Below, piece after piece: positions 52,022 to 64,000 of a stretch of DNA of 64,000 nt (the first letter of the stretch is position 1; each line of letters begins with the position of its first letter). The DNA lies in contig OZ024743.1 of NCBI GenBank assembly GCA_964016885.1, positions 107,632,001 through 107,696,000 of the forward strand. Direction: 5' to 3'. The notes under the pieces are model-generated. The model was not told the DNA's origin and ran no database searches. It worked only from the letters and a program-made list of their open reading frames with translations. This DNA comes from Eledone cirrhosa (Eukaryota). The translations under genes and the position numbers were made by a program.

Positions 52022-52691
52022 GTGGATTTCACTATGGCGTTTAGAGCAGTTTCATTATGATACACATCAAAAATGTTTAAGCGATATCACGCGAGACATA
52101 CTACTTTCTACAAATATACATTACCATATCTTATTTCTTCTCTTCCTATCACCATATATATTAGCTCTAGTAAACCAGGCTATCCGGTGTATTCAATGCT
52201 GAAAATGAATTGGCTTTCATTTTATTTATTTATTTATTTTATTATTTCAATTTATTATATTCAATTTATTTTTTTAAGATGAAATATTAATTTCTGTTGA
52301 CAGGAATAGCATTAAGGAAATGAAAATGCTCACAATCTAGCAAAAACATGACAGAAATAATGTTTCAAATTAAATAGAAACTTTAAAAATGCAAAAAAGA
52401 AGATATGAAAAACATATAATGATATATCGTCGATTCTTCTGTCATTTTTGAAAGTTCGGCAAACTGCTTTGATCGTCTTATCAAAGTATACACTTTTCAT
52501 GCTCCATTTAAAAGAAAAATATTTTGCTTGATGCCATTGATGTTCATGTGATGGAAATTATCAATTGGACAAAAAAACAACATTAACAACATCGACAACT
52601 CGGCATTCCGCCACACCACTTCAGTATATTCTAGCTCTACTACTACTACTACTACTACTACTACAACTTCTACCATGAATAATTATTATAA

Positions 52692-53277
52692 TAATTGTTT
52701 CTACTTTTGGCACAAGGCGAGCAATTACTCAGTGTATTACTGGTACTTTTTTGCATCAACCCCGTAAGGACGTAAGGGAATGTTAACCCCGGCAGGATTT
52801 GAACTCAGAATGGCAAGGGTCGTAACTCTATGCGTGAAAGCATGGCGTCCGACCCTCTACCGATACTGCCAATCCACCGACCAATATTATTATAATAATT
52901 GTTTCTACTTTTGGCACAAGGCCAGCAACCATCCAGTGTATTACTGGTACTTTATTTTATCGACTCCATAAGGATGAAAGGCAAAGTTAACCTCGGCGGG
53001 ATTTGAACTCATAATAGCAAGGGCCGTAACTCTATGCGTCAAAGCATGGCGTCCGACCCTCTACCGATACTGCCAGGCACAAGGACAATACTTTGGGGGA
53101 AGGGGGAAGTCGAATAAATCGACCCCAGTGCGTTACTTTTACTTTATTTTATCGACCCCATAAGGATGAAAGGCAAAGTTAACCTCGGCGTGATTTGAAC
53201 TCAGACCGTAAAGGACCGTAACTCTATGCTGCACAGCATAGTGTCCGACTCTACCGATTCTGCCAATCCACCGCCCT
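52692..53277 (-). mobile_element. Three tandem Meta-domain SINEs (two short form, one long form)
   Basis: Units at ~52692-52880, ~52895-53075 and ~53075-53277. Confidence 0.88.
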
Positions 53278-53295
53278 TATAATTATAATAATAAT

Positions 53296-55440
53296 GGCTT
53301 CATTTATTGGCCAAAAGGGCCGACATATAGGGGACAATACAATACACAGGGTCAGTGGGGGTTTACATATACAACGTGTAAAAAGTATAAATAACAATAA
53401 CAAAATAACAAGAAAAATACAACAACGAAATTCCCAATAGGGAGGGTAACGACCCAGGCTTGACTCAGGTACTCCACCAATCCTGAACCAGCCGATACTT
53501 CGAGGACACCCGGGAAGGCACCCCTCTCCCCCTCAAATCAACCAGTCCACAGACACATTCTCGCACTAGGACCATTTGCACGAACCGTGCTGCCACATTT
53601 ACTGATCCTTTACAAAATGTTCTGGCGGGCAGCACTACTCTCTCCACCTTCAACTTCCTTCCCAAGTGAAACTTGGAAAAGAAGTTCAACCTGGTTCACC
53701 ACACAAGCTCTTTCGGCACCAGCAAATTTACCGTAGCTGAGGATATAATGATGGTACGTATGCCACTCGGTTCATACAAGTAGATTAGGAAGAGCTTTTC
53801 TCGGGACGTCGGAACCCCGAGTATAAGATCGACATCAAGATGTTTATTGGAAAAGCCACTAAACATGGAGCTCGAACCACCAGACATCTACACGCTCCTG
53901 GTAGGTAAGTAAATCTGTCCTCTCTCATTTAGCCTGCCAACATGGACATCCTAATAGTAGGATGTTTAAATGTCCGTGGCCTGTGGTCGTCTTGCTCAAT
54001 GAGCTGAGGTCACTAGATATGGATATGACTGCCGTCAGCGTGACCAGGATTTCCGACACGCGCTCACTAGCCCCTATTTTCGACCACTATCAGATCTTCG
54101 CATCGCTTAATCCGCCGGGATCTAGCGGAAAGGTCGATCTTCCTGGACCCGGGCGGTAAGTTGGTGGTCCTGTTTTGAGTAATAGCAAAGGTAGTGCCTT
54201 TACTTTGTTGGCCCTCTATGCCCCGACTGGGGCCAGACAGTAGATTTCTTTAGGCACCTGTAAGCCTTTCTGTGGACGTCAAGCCCTTTACTGTTAGCAG
54301 GGTACTGTAATGGCATCTTAGACACACGCTGGGATTCTATGGGAGAAGATGAATGATTCCAGGCAGATGTGTGAAGCCTTTCACCAACACTGGTCGGTTG
54401 TTCGGGGTAAGTGGTGACCGGGGACGGTAGCGGATTTCAGCCGATAACTCGATGGCGCACCGCGTCACTAACTTTTTGCCGGATTCTGGATACCCTATTC
54501 AGCTGCATGAAGCGCAAGTCACCGGGTTTGGATGATCTGCCTTACGAGCTTTACCTAGATATGCCAGACTTGGTATCCGATCTCCTCGAAGCGCTCTACT
54601 GCAACTGGCAACAGGACGGAAGTATTCCTACTTCTGTGAGCCAGGGCTTAGAAACGCTGATGAGGGAAGAGGATAACAGGAGGGATACGTTAGACAACAT
54701 CAAGCCCATAACTCTGTTAAACAAAGTGTTTAAGATTTCGGCCAAGGTATTAGCTAAAAGGCTGTTGCTTGTCGTCGGTGATTTGGAAGGGGAAGTGCAA
54801 ACTTGTGCAATCCCGACAATGTCCAAACACGACATACGATACATCATAGAGAGGGTAGGTTGTAGGATGGGGCTCTGATCAATTTAGATCAATCGAAATA
54901 TTTCGTTAGCGTTGATCATCGATATCGTGACGCTGTTCGCAAGGCAGCTGGCTTCGGTTCCACCTAGAGAGGCAGGATCGCTGCAACGTTAATGGCCATT
55001 ATTACGAGCCGTTTCAAATCTCCCAATCGGTACGGCAAGGTTGTATTCTCTCCTCCCTCTCTACGCATTGACTGTTGAGCCTTTACTGTGGGAGCTGGCT
55101 CTGTTGCTGGGCATCCCACTCGAGCCGGGACGTGGAAAGGCTGTGTCAGCATATACGTACGTGATCAACGTGATGGTATCGAACATCTCGGATATCGAGG
55201 TGAATGTCGCATTCTGGGAGGAATATGAAATTTTGACTGGAGTAAAGCTAAATCCCGAATAAACGGTGGACTTGATGTTCGGCATCTGGAGAGGCAAGTC
55301 CATGGCATTCAACAGCGTCGTCGGACGCTGGACGGATGCACCAGAAAAGTTGCTTGAGATCTGTTTCGGATCAGACCTGCAGAGCGTTTGCCTCGCTTTG
55401 CGCACATCTATAGCAGAGATCGTCATGGAGGGGTAGTGAC
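53296..55440. mobile_element. Tx1 copy with inverted 5' part and internal deletions
   Basis: 53296-53690 is the 3' end on the minus strand, next to (AAT)n. 53690-55440 is ORF1 tail plus ORF2 on the plus strand (KSPGLDDLPYELY, IKPITLLN, AVSAY). Same family as 29511-35416. Confidence 0.88.
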
Positions 55441-55852
55441 ATTTCAATGTCTGTCTGATATGCTGATTCCGACCATTTAGTATTTGTGGAAACGAAATTG
55501 TAGATTACAGTTTTTTAGGGGTTTCTGCCAATACTTCGTGAGTATGACTTCGTCAGCCAATGGGTTTGCTACTTTTTATTACTTTACCCACTTAGGTCAA
55601 ATATTTATCCTTTTCTATAATGTTCATAACAAATAGTTCAGTTGCTTTGACAGCCCTAGCTCCAATGTGATTGTGGTTATTGTTGCCGTCGACAATGTTG
55701 TTGATGTTATTCGTGTTATTGTTAATGTTGTTATTGTTGCCATTTCTGATGTTGCTTCTGTTATATTTGTTGTTGCAGTGGTGATCGTGGTAATGGAGGT
55801 GGCAGTGTTCTTCCTTGTATTGTATTTTTTAATCATTATTTTTGGTTGTTGT

Positions 55853-56072
55853 CGGGGTGGTGGATTGGCAATATCGGTAGAGAGTCGGACACCATGCTTT
55901 GCAGCATAGAGTTACGGCCATTTATGATCTGAGTTCAAATCCCGCCGAGGCTAACTTTGCCTTTCATCCTGACGGGGTCGATAAAATAAAGTATCCGTCA
56001 CTCACTGAGGTCGATTTAATCGACTTTCCTCAGTCCCAAAATAGCTGGCCTTGTGTCTATATAAGAAACCAT
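55853..56072 (+). mobile_element. Meta-domain SINE, long form
   Basis: A box TGGCAATATCGG, B box GAGTTCAAATCC, body, GTCGATTTAATCGAC hairpin, tail. Confidence 0.88.
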
Positions 56073-56375
56073 TCTCTTTGGTTGATGTGATGGCGGCGGG
56101 AAATTAGTTTCATAATTTTCCCGTGCAGTGTTATAGTTTTGAAGCTGCTGATGGTGGAGGGGCTGCGGTTTGGGTTGGGGTGATGCTGCTGCAGCTGCCA
56201 CTGATTTTTACAATTTTGGTGCTCCGTTCTTCGGCGGGCTGGATCATCTGTTCAGCAGAGGAACGTTCTTCTTTGATGACTAAAGATGACTTCCATCTGA
56301 CCATGTCTTTATATGCATCCTCAAACTTTCTATATGATTTCAACTTTCTCTCATTGTATAATATCTACATCATAA

Positions 56376-56454
<79 letters not shown>

Positions 56455-56534
56455 ATGATTACTCTGCCTCATCCTACTACTCTTACACGTGTTATTCACT
56501 CATTGTCTCATTTATATACTCCCTAACACACAAT

Positions 56535-56568
<34 letters not shown>

Positions 56569-56662
56569 CTATCTCCCTCTCTCTGTAGTCATAATTGTAC
56601 TTACAGTATTTCTTCTTACTTACCACCCTTTATTCTTCATACTCTTACTTTCTTACCCCATC

Positions 56663-56741
<79 letters not shown>

Positions 56742-57155
56742 TCTCTCTCTCTTTCTCTCTCTCCTTACACTGTTTTCTAATCGTTTCGTCTCATTTCACT
56801 CTCCCTGAATATATCACATTTTTCGTTCCTCCCTCACTCTTCTTGTATATAACAATTTCATATTGAACCTATGTCACTTATATTCCTCACTTTCTATTCC
56901 CCATCTTCACCCTCACATAGATACACACACACACATGCACACACGCACATACAAAGTAGCACATGCATTTAATCCTCCTGGCGTCCCTATATCTTCGGGC
57001 AAATTGCACCAATTTTCTTCTAAACAATTCGAGAGAAAATAGGCCAATAACGATAGTGTAATTGTTATTACTTACATTATTAATCAACTTTGTTTGCCCC
57101 AGCCTTCTCTCACACACTCTTTCTCTCAATTCGTATATAAATATATATATGTATA

Positions 57156-57268
<113 letters not shown>

Positions 57269-57277
57269 ATAATAATA

Positions 57278-57420
57278 AATTGGAAGACTAAAATCCAAAG
57301 AAGTCTCGATAAGGATAAATATATATCAAATATATAAGAACCGTAGAGTTTCAGAATATCCCGTTAAGGGTGAAAGCAGCGATTCTTTGCTTAAACTTTA
57401 ATCTGTTATTTTAATAAGTA
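57278..57420. mobile_element. Family G copy with internal inversion
   Basis: The 3' tail is in minus orientation and is joined at ~57347 to the TTTCAGAATATCCCGTTAAGGGTGAAAGCAGCG part in plus orientation. Confidence 0.7.
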
Positions 57421-57434
57421 TATATATATATATA

Positions 57435-57624
57435 GGAACGAGTAGGACCCCGACGGCTGAGCTCAAGCCGTGTCGACGGCTAATGCTGGACAGAATATAG
57501 TCGTCGAAACGGCTTGAGCTCAGCCGTCGGGGTCCTACTCGTTCCTATTACCCACTCTACTACCCTAAGTATTGAGTACTTTGGTGCATTATGGTCCACA
57601 TGGTTCCTTACCACATTTCCTTCG

Positions 57625-57627
<3 letters not shown>
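57435..57627 (+). mobile_element. Family B fold-back mini element
   Basis: Inverted arms 57433-57481 / 57498-57548, then a tail nearly identical to 3235-3313. Confidence 0.8.
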
Positions 57628-57669
<42 letters not shown>

Positions 57670-57698
57670 TATGCACACGTACACACATATATATACAT

Positions 57699-57730
<32 letters not shown>

Positions 57731-57731
<1 letters not shown>

Positions 57732-58071
57732 GTGGCTGCCAACTCATTTTCGAGTACGGCCACTACATGATATCCATGTAGGAGAACCCCTACCGATGCG
57801 CTGAACGAGTGTGACTTTTTAGTCCAGCCAGCGACTTGAAAACTGTGGTACAAACACTACATTTGTGACAATTATTGACAGATAGTGCTGGGCCCATTGT
57901 ACCATGTGACGACAAGTGCAGAGAGATCTCCAGATATAAAGCAATGCCTGTGCCGTGAAGCTTTTATAGTGAGCAAAGGCACTGCACAAAGCCAGTCCTA
58001 CTCTCTTAACCTAGATGATATTTACCAATGATGGTATCCATCATTGGATACCATCAGTGTTGCAGGTGTTA
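57731..58071. repeat. Family F element, copy 2 (inverted relative to copy 1)
   Basis: Reverse complement of 15493-15841 with few differences. Confidence 0.8.
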
Positions 58072-58166
58072 TATCAGAGTTTTCCTTCTCCTAGAATTCT
58101 GACCTGACATATATATATATATATAAATACACATACATATATACATATACCTATGTATTTTATCTT

Positions 58167-58217
<51 letters not shown>

Positions 58218-58255
58218 ATGTAATTATGTATGTATATACTTTTGTACGTGTGTGC

Positions 58256-58305
<50 letters not shown>

Positions 58306-58675
58306 CACGTCAACAATGTCGTGATGAGGGTCATTTTAAAGATAGAATGTGCATACATTATATTTTCAATTTATATATTATTGAACCGAGGTCACGAAGA
58401 AATAGAACACTTCCAACACACACACACAAACACACACACACACACACACCCACACTCACACACACGCTCACACACACACATACACACATACTCACACAGA
58501 CACTTACCCTTCCTTATTTCCCCCTCAGATACACTCGCGTTGACATAGTGCGCGCACACGATCATTTAACATTTTACAAACGCATATATGTATATAGAGC
58601 TCGTTGGTATGATCAACTGGACCAGAATATTCAATTTAAGATATGAAGCATTACAATTCTAATAATGTCCCTTGC

Positions 58676-58797
58676 CATTCTGAGTTCAAATCCCGCCGAG
58701 GTTAACTCTGCCTTTCATCCTTACGGAGTCGATAAAATAAAGTACCAGTAATGCACTGGTTAATTGCTGGCCTTGTGCCAAAAGTAGAAACAATTAT
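58676..58797 (+). mobile_element. 5'-truncated Meta-domain SINE
   Basis: B box, body and tail. Confidence 0.88.
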
Positions 58798-59672
58798 AAT
58801 TCTAATCTTCAAATCTTCAACCAAATAAGGGCTCAAACTAGCAGTAGTCTAGAATTTTCATACTAAAAAAGCAGCTCCTCCCTTCTTCAGCAAAAGTTTT
58901 TCTCTCACAAATATGTATGTCTATGATGGAAGTCTCTTGGTATTGAGGACAAGAATTCCAGTTATTTTCTCAACGGAAGAGCTCTCTCTCCGCATTCAAG
59001 TTTAAGTGCGTGTATTTAACGCAAATCATTGCGACAGTATATGACAAATATAAGTAAGATTGAGTGCCCTGTGGCAAAAATGAAATTAATTGTCTTGCTC
59101 AATTTCAAAGAATATGGTGTGTGGCATCGGTCTCCCGACCATTCGAGAATGTGCCGAAAACACTAAACATTAAGCCACACGCCGTCAGAATTTATGATTA
59201 TGTGGCAGGCAACTGATACATTATAAAATATATCACATCTCTTATTGTTTCTTACATATATATATATATATATGTTTGTGTATTTAAATGTTTTCACTGA
59301 TTTCATAATATGCTTATGGAAGTAAATCTAATCCACATACCATCACCATAAATTGAACTTAAGGGTCACTATTCAGGGTCAATCAAATCTACATGAATGA
59401 ACCAAAGAATCATTCGAACATGTATAAAGTGCCATCATCATAAATACGTAAAGGTTAGTCACACACACATTTCCTTCGTAAAATATAACTTTTATTATTC
59501 TCACAAGAATTGGGATCATATATAATTAATGTTTGACCTTTCTGTGCACTCATGTACATAAAACACCTAATACATTATATGTTTGTATGTGTATGTGGCT
59601 ATATATATATATATGCCTGTATACGTGTGGGTTTTTGTGTATGTGCGTGTATATATATGTGTGTGTATGTGT

Positions 59673-59722
<50 letters not shown>

Positions 59723-60786
59723 ATCATAGCATTCAGGATTAGACGTTTGATCGCAAACACATCGTACAATGTTTCATCCTTGTGATAAAAAAACATAGTG
59801 AACATATATAAACATCGACGTGAAAGCTGAAAAAAATCTAAGAATTAAGTACTTTGCTAAATTTTTTCATCATCTGATCACATATTCCTTTATATATCTT
59901 CTTGTTAGTAGTATAAAGATTGGTCAATTAGAAAGCTATGAACGATCGTCACAAGTTTTCAGTTTTTCATATAAATTATGCATGCGTGGTCCTACATGTC
60001 CGTGTGTCTGTTGGAGTGAGTTTTTCCCTGCACATGTTTGTATGAGTGCAGACTTTTAGACATCCGGCATTAAGTTAAATTTGCTTGGTGAATTTAGGTT
60101 AATGTATATTTCTATATATATAAGGCTTCTATTAATAAGATCTATGGCGACATTGATCTGTTACTTATAGTTGTTGTTGATGTTGAGGTTGTAGTAGTAG
60201 TTGTGTAATATGATCTAGCTGAGTTTAGTGAGGGATTCAGTTCATAGTCAGAAGGCCACGTTTTACATTTGATGGTTACAATCAAATATAATAGTGCTCG
60301 TTTTCGTTTTGTACCCCCCTTCGGTTGCGACGAAGAGTGTTTCTGTTCTTAGACCAAGGGAACAGTATGTCGGTGAAATTAATCGCCCCAGTTTTATGGT
60401 GACAAACCCCCTTCCCTTAAAGTATATATATTTAAATAAAAAATAATGTTATGGAATATTATCTTTGTCAGATCTATATTAATTGCCAGCTTAATAATAT
60501 CTTTTTAATTCTTATACTAAATCCTTACAAATTGTTGAGTATTTAGAAAATTAATTGAAAACCCCAGGTGGTCATATTGCATTTGAAATATAGTAATAAT
60601 AAAAGGGTTAATATTTTTGTTAGAGCATTGTGCGTTCTATGGAAAAATCTCGTCAAGCTATCCTCTACGTTTCTACATTCCACGTCCAATTAAAGAAAAG
60701 CAGTAGTCAAGAACTGTGGGCGATTTAATCGATTTTCCCATACCCTACGTTGCTGGACTTTTGTGTGAATTAGAAACCATTTGACT

Positions 60787-60875
60787 GCTTTTCATCCTTA
60801 CGGGGTCGATAAAATAAAGTACCAGTAATGCACTGGGTAATTGCTGGCCTTGTGCCTAAAGTAGAAACAATTATA
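60787..60875 (+). mobile_element. 5'-truncated Meta-domain SINE
   Basis: Body and tail. Preceded by an older SINE 3' remnant at 60715-60782. Confidence 0.85.
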
Positions 60876-61461
60876 AGTTATTAGTGACATGTAAATTAGA
60901 ATTTTAACGATACTGACTTTTAATGTAAACAGCATGCATATATATTTAATGTACGCAAGCATACATGTGTGTTTGTGTGTGTCTGTGAATGAGCGGAAGT
61001 GAACTATGGCAGATACTTCTACAGGCATCTTCCCGCATAGTGCTAGTTTTCTCACCATATTCGAGTGATGGTTAAGTCACGCGTGCAAGAATGCAACCAG
61101 TAGTCACATTGTACTGGTCAAAGGAAGAAGTGACGCCTCAAATTCTTAGCCAATGACTAGGCCGCTTAAACCAGATGATGTCAAGGGATGGCGATGAAAC
61201 GGACTTAATATTGTCAATATGAATAAATGCCTAGAAAACGCTAAACATATCTGAGGACTTTACGGGGGCAGAGTCATGTTCGATCTATAATAGATCCTGC
61301 CTTCAGCTGATCGTCGGAGGAGAAACATATGTAATATGTTAATAAATTATGTTTTAATGCATCACTGTTTTCTCGTTATCTATAAGAATATAGTCAAACG
61401 GCATACCGCTCAAGCGGCATATCGCCTACGGACGCATTATTGCAAACTTACAACAATTATA

Positions 61462-62290
61462 TCTATATAAATAAATCGCAATTTCTGTCTGTTTGCGTGT
61501 GTGTTTGTTTGTGAAACTAAAACTCCAAAACTACCAAACCGATCTTTATGACGCTTGACACGTGTGTGGGGCTCATGCCCATTTGATTTCATACGTACAT
61601 TTCATTTTAATCAAATGGTTCTCCGGGGATTCATACCCCCGCTGAAAACCCCCACTGACAATGTTTCCTCTTCGATTTATATGAAAATTAAGCCATAGGT
61701 AAAGGACAAGATATGATGCGTATTCACAAAATTTCAGCCAATGTCGATAATACTGAGATACCCGAATGGGGTTTAACTCCCTATAGTGAAAATGTTGGCC
61801 AATACATGGAACAAGATTTCACGAACTCCTCCTATGGTTTTAGAGATAGACCCTCATAACAATATATATTCTAAAAACTAAATTGTCCAGGGTACTTGGA
61901 TAAGTATATTTCATTTTAATCAAAGGGTTCCCCGGAGGCACAAAAACCGGCTGAAAACCTCCGCTGAGAATGTTTTCCCTTCGATTTATATGATATTTAA
62001 ACCATAGGTAAATGACCACATATGATGCCGCTTCACAAAAGTTTTGAATTGATATTTTGAAAGAAATTATTTACAAGAAATAAAATAGGAAAAATATTTA
62101 ATAATGTAATTTTGCTTTGATATATTACAAAAATAATGTTTTCCAACTTTTCATGCATTAAAATTTACATTGAGTAATATTGAAATGCAGGGTTTGCCTC
62201 CATAAATTATATCACTGATTTAAAATCATTAATCATTTTCTTACAAAAAAAAATGTGTGAAACATACCAAGGCGCGGGTAATTCGGCTAG
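61462..62290 (+). mobile_element. Non-autonomous Helitron
   Basis: A|TCTATATAAATAAATC, then a (TCTG/GTTT) microsatellite, an internal ~140 bp duplication (61597-61735 / 61905-62040) and a GC-rich subterminal segment, ending CTAG|T. Confidence 0.8.
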
Positions 62291-62329
<39 letters not shown>

Positions 62330-62330
<1 letters not shown>

Positions 62331-62515
62331 TCAGAGATAAACAGAAATAAGAACACAATCGGTACAGTATATGCAAGGATTATATTAGGTTAACGCTTGA
62401 AAGAGCAAGAACGTTTCGGACGATATTGCTTCATCGGAAGAAGGATGATAAATTGATAAATGTTGAAAGACTGAAGGGACGATCAGGGCGAAATAGGAAA
62501 GGCTGTTTTTAGAGA
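62330..62515 (-). mobile_element. Family E mini element (hammerhead motif 62405-62441)
   Basis: Minus strand TCTT-CcGATGA-AGCA-atatcg-TCC-GAAA-CGTT. Tail homologous to 10180-10240. Confidence 0.65.
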
Positions 62516-62682
62516 GAAGAAGAAGAAGAAGAAGAAGAAGAAGAAGAAGAAGAAGAAGAAGAAGAAGAAGAAGAAGAAGAAGAAGAAGAAGAAGAAGAAG
62601 AAGAAGAAGAAGAAGAAGAAGAAGAAGAAGAAGAAGAAGGAGAAGAAGAAGAAGAAGAAGAAGAAGAAGAAGAAGAAGAAGA
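62515..62682. repeat. (AAG)n microsatellite
   Basis: About 55 tandem AAG units. Confidence 0.97.
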
Positions 62683-62849
62683 TGGAAGTAAGAAGAGTAT
62701 AGTGGAGGAAATGTGTTATAGAGTCGTAGTATATTTAAATAATGCAAGAAGCAAAGAAAATATCAGTGATACGAAAAGATTTCCTGGTGGAAGTCCAGGT
62801 AAAGTCCATGTGTAGATCCAGTTTCTGAGTGAAAATCATATAGATATAT

Positions 62850-62932
<83 letters not shown>

Positions 62933-62937
<5 letters not shown>

Positions 62938-63180
62938 ATACTTTGGGAGGATCATATTGCCAAAAACAAACACACGCACCAGTTGCTTTCAATTCAATTT
63001 ATGAATATATGAATAACAATCCGGTTGTCTAACCAACCAACCGGAAATTTATAATAAATTGAAGTGAGATCTACTGGTGCGTGTGATTCTTATTGGCAAC
63101 ATGACCCTCCCAAATTATTCAATATCGGTTTCAACACATGTTTTCAGATAAAGAATCTTGCTAAACAAATTCAGAAACGA
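62933..63180. mobile_element. Family A fold-back mini element, copy 3
   Basis: Same arms and tail as 407-647. Confidence 0.75.
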
Positions 63181-63221
63181 TATATATATATATATATATA
63201 TATACACCCACATATATATAT

Positions 63222-63376
63222 ATCTATCTATCTAAGGCGGGTAAAATTCCCGAGATCCATGGACGAGTTCTCTCCAGCGGTCTCTGTCCCTCATTATCGC
63301 TGCGATGTCCTGCGTCTCCAGCAGACCAGTGTCTGTCCTTAGGGCATCAACATACGTTAACCTTGGTCTTCCTCTT
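63222..63376 (-). mobile_element. RTE/RTEX-type LINE 3' end
   Basis: Minus strand RGRPRLTYVDALRTDTGLLETQDIAAIMRDRDRWRELVHGSREFYPP*, followed by a (TAGA)n tail. Cut off at the mariner TIR. Confidence 0.75.
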
Positions 63377-63865
63377 CGAGGTGTGTCAGAAAAGTTCCAG
63401 GACTGATGTCATAAAAGATTTATTTCAAACCCAAACATCACACTAAGAGTTTTCTCCTTAAAAATAATCCCCCTGAAGTATGTAACTGTAATTTTAGCTC
63501 TCTGCAGCGATCAAACTTTTTTCTTCATAATTTTATATAAATGTCCTCTGCTTCAGGTCGTCAAGCAATGAGCACAGAGGAAAGAACAAACTTAAGGTTT
63601 CTGGTACGGTGGGGGGAAATCTCCGTCATAAGCAACGGGATTGCTGCAGCGAGTGTATGGAGATGAGATGGACGACGTCAAAAAGGCCGTGACGACGGAA
63701 CTGCGGAGGATCACAGAGTGCATTCAAGCGTGACAGAAAAGGATGCAAAAGTAGTGCCTTAGACTCCAGAGTGATTACTTTGAAGGAGAACACTCTTAGT
63801 GTGAGGTTTGGGTTTGAAATAAATCTTTTGTGACATCAGTCCTGGAACTTTTCTGACACACCTCC
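63377..63865 (+). mobile_element. Mariner-derived MITE (~490 bp), same family as 37546-38416
   Basis: CGAGGTGTGTCAGAAAAGTTCCAGGACTGATGTC... / ...GACATCAGTCCTGGAACTTTTCTGACACACCTC. Transposase N-terminus (VYGDEM) is fused directly to the C-terminus (DDVKKAVTTELRRI). Confidence 0.92.
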
Positions 63866-63946
63866 TATATATACCTCCAGTAGACAACTGATGAGGAAAA
63901 CTCCCCTCCCCCGTTTTTGATTTCTTCTTATTCTCACTCCATTTTA

Positions 63947-64000
<54 letters not shown>

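Noticed and set aside
56131-56343. 70 aa minus-strand ORF (MKSYRKFEDAYKDMVRWK...) as a possible host exon
   Set aside because: No recognisable domain, no convincing splice sites or partner exons, and it is bordered by a SINE and (CT)n. A BLASTx search would be needed.
63888-63910. CTGATGA-GG..CC motif
   Set aside because: No following GAAA or stem III, so it cannot be called a hammerhead.

Overview
AT-rich, repeat-dominated animal genomic DNA with no intact host protein-coding gene that I can see. The SINE families, microsatellite load and LINE types look like an octopus (cephalopod) genome; that is an inference. Most ORFs in the supplied track are translated (TA)n/(CA)n/(TATG)n microsatellites. 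Recognisable content: (1) a near full-length but frameshifted Tx1/L1-clade LINE on the minus strand (~29.5-35.4 kb) plus four partial Tx1 copies, one with a twin-priming-type inversion; (2) two R4/Dong-type restriction-like-endonuclease LINE 3' fragments and two RTE-type fragments; (3) about 20 tRNA-derived Meta-domain SINE copies and one CORE-type SINE; (4) mariner deletion derivatives and small MITEs; (5) two non-autonomous Helitrons; (6) a decayed EF1-alpha pseudogene. The most interesting signal is that many of the 100-600 bp islands between (TA)n tracts belong to several distinct families of Penelope-like (PLE) terminal-repeat remnants. They are often fold-back inverted repeats and carry type I hammerhead ribozyme motifs (CUGANGA...GAAA...UH), some with intact cores, palindromic stem-III loops or unusually long stem-II inserts. 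There is also an unexplained ~560 bp non-coding family (8.3-8.85 kb and 46.8-47.35 kb) whose hairpins appear conserved despite sequence divergence. All alignments, folds and coordinates were worked out by eye; most element boundaries are approximate.
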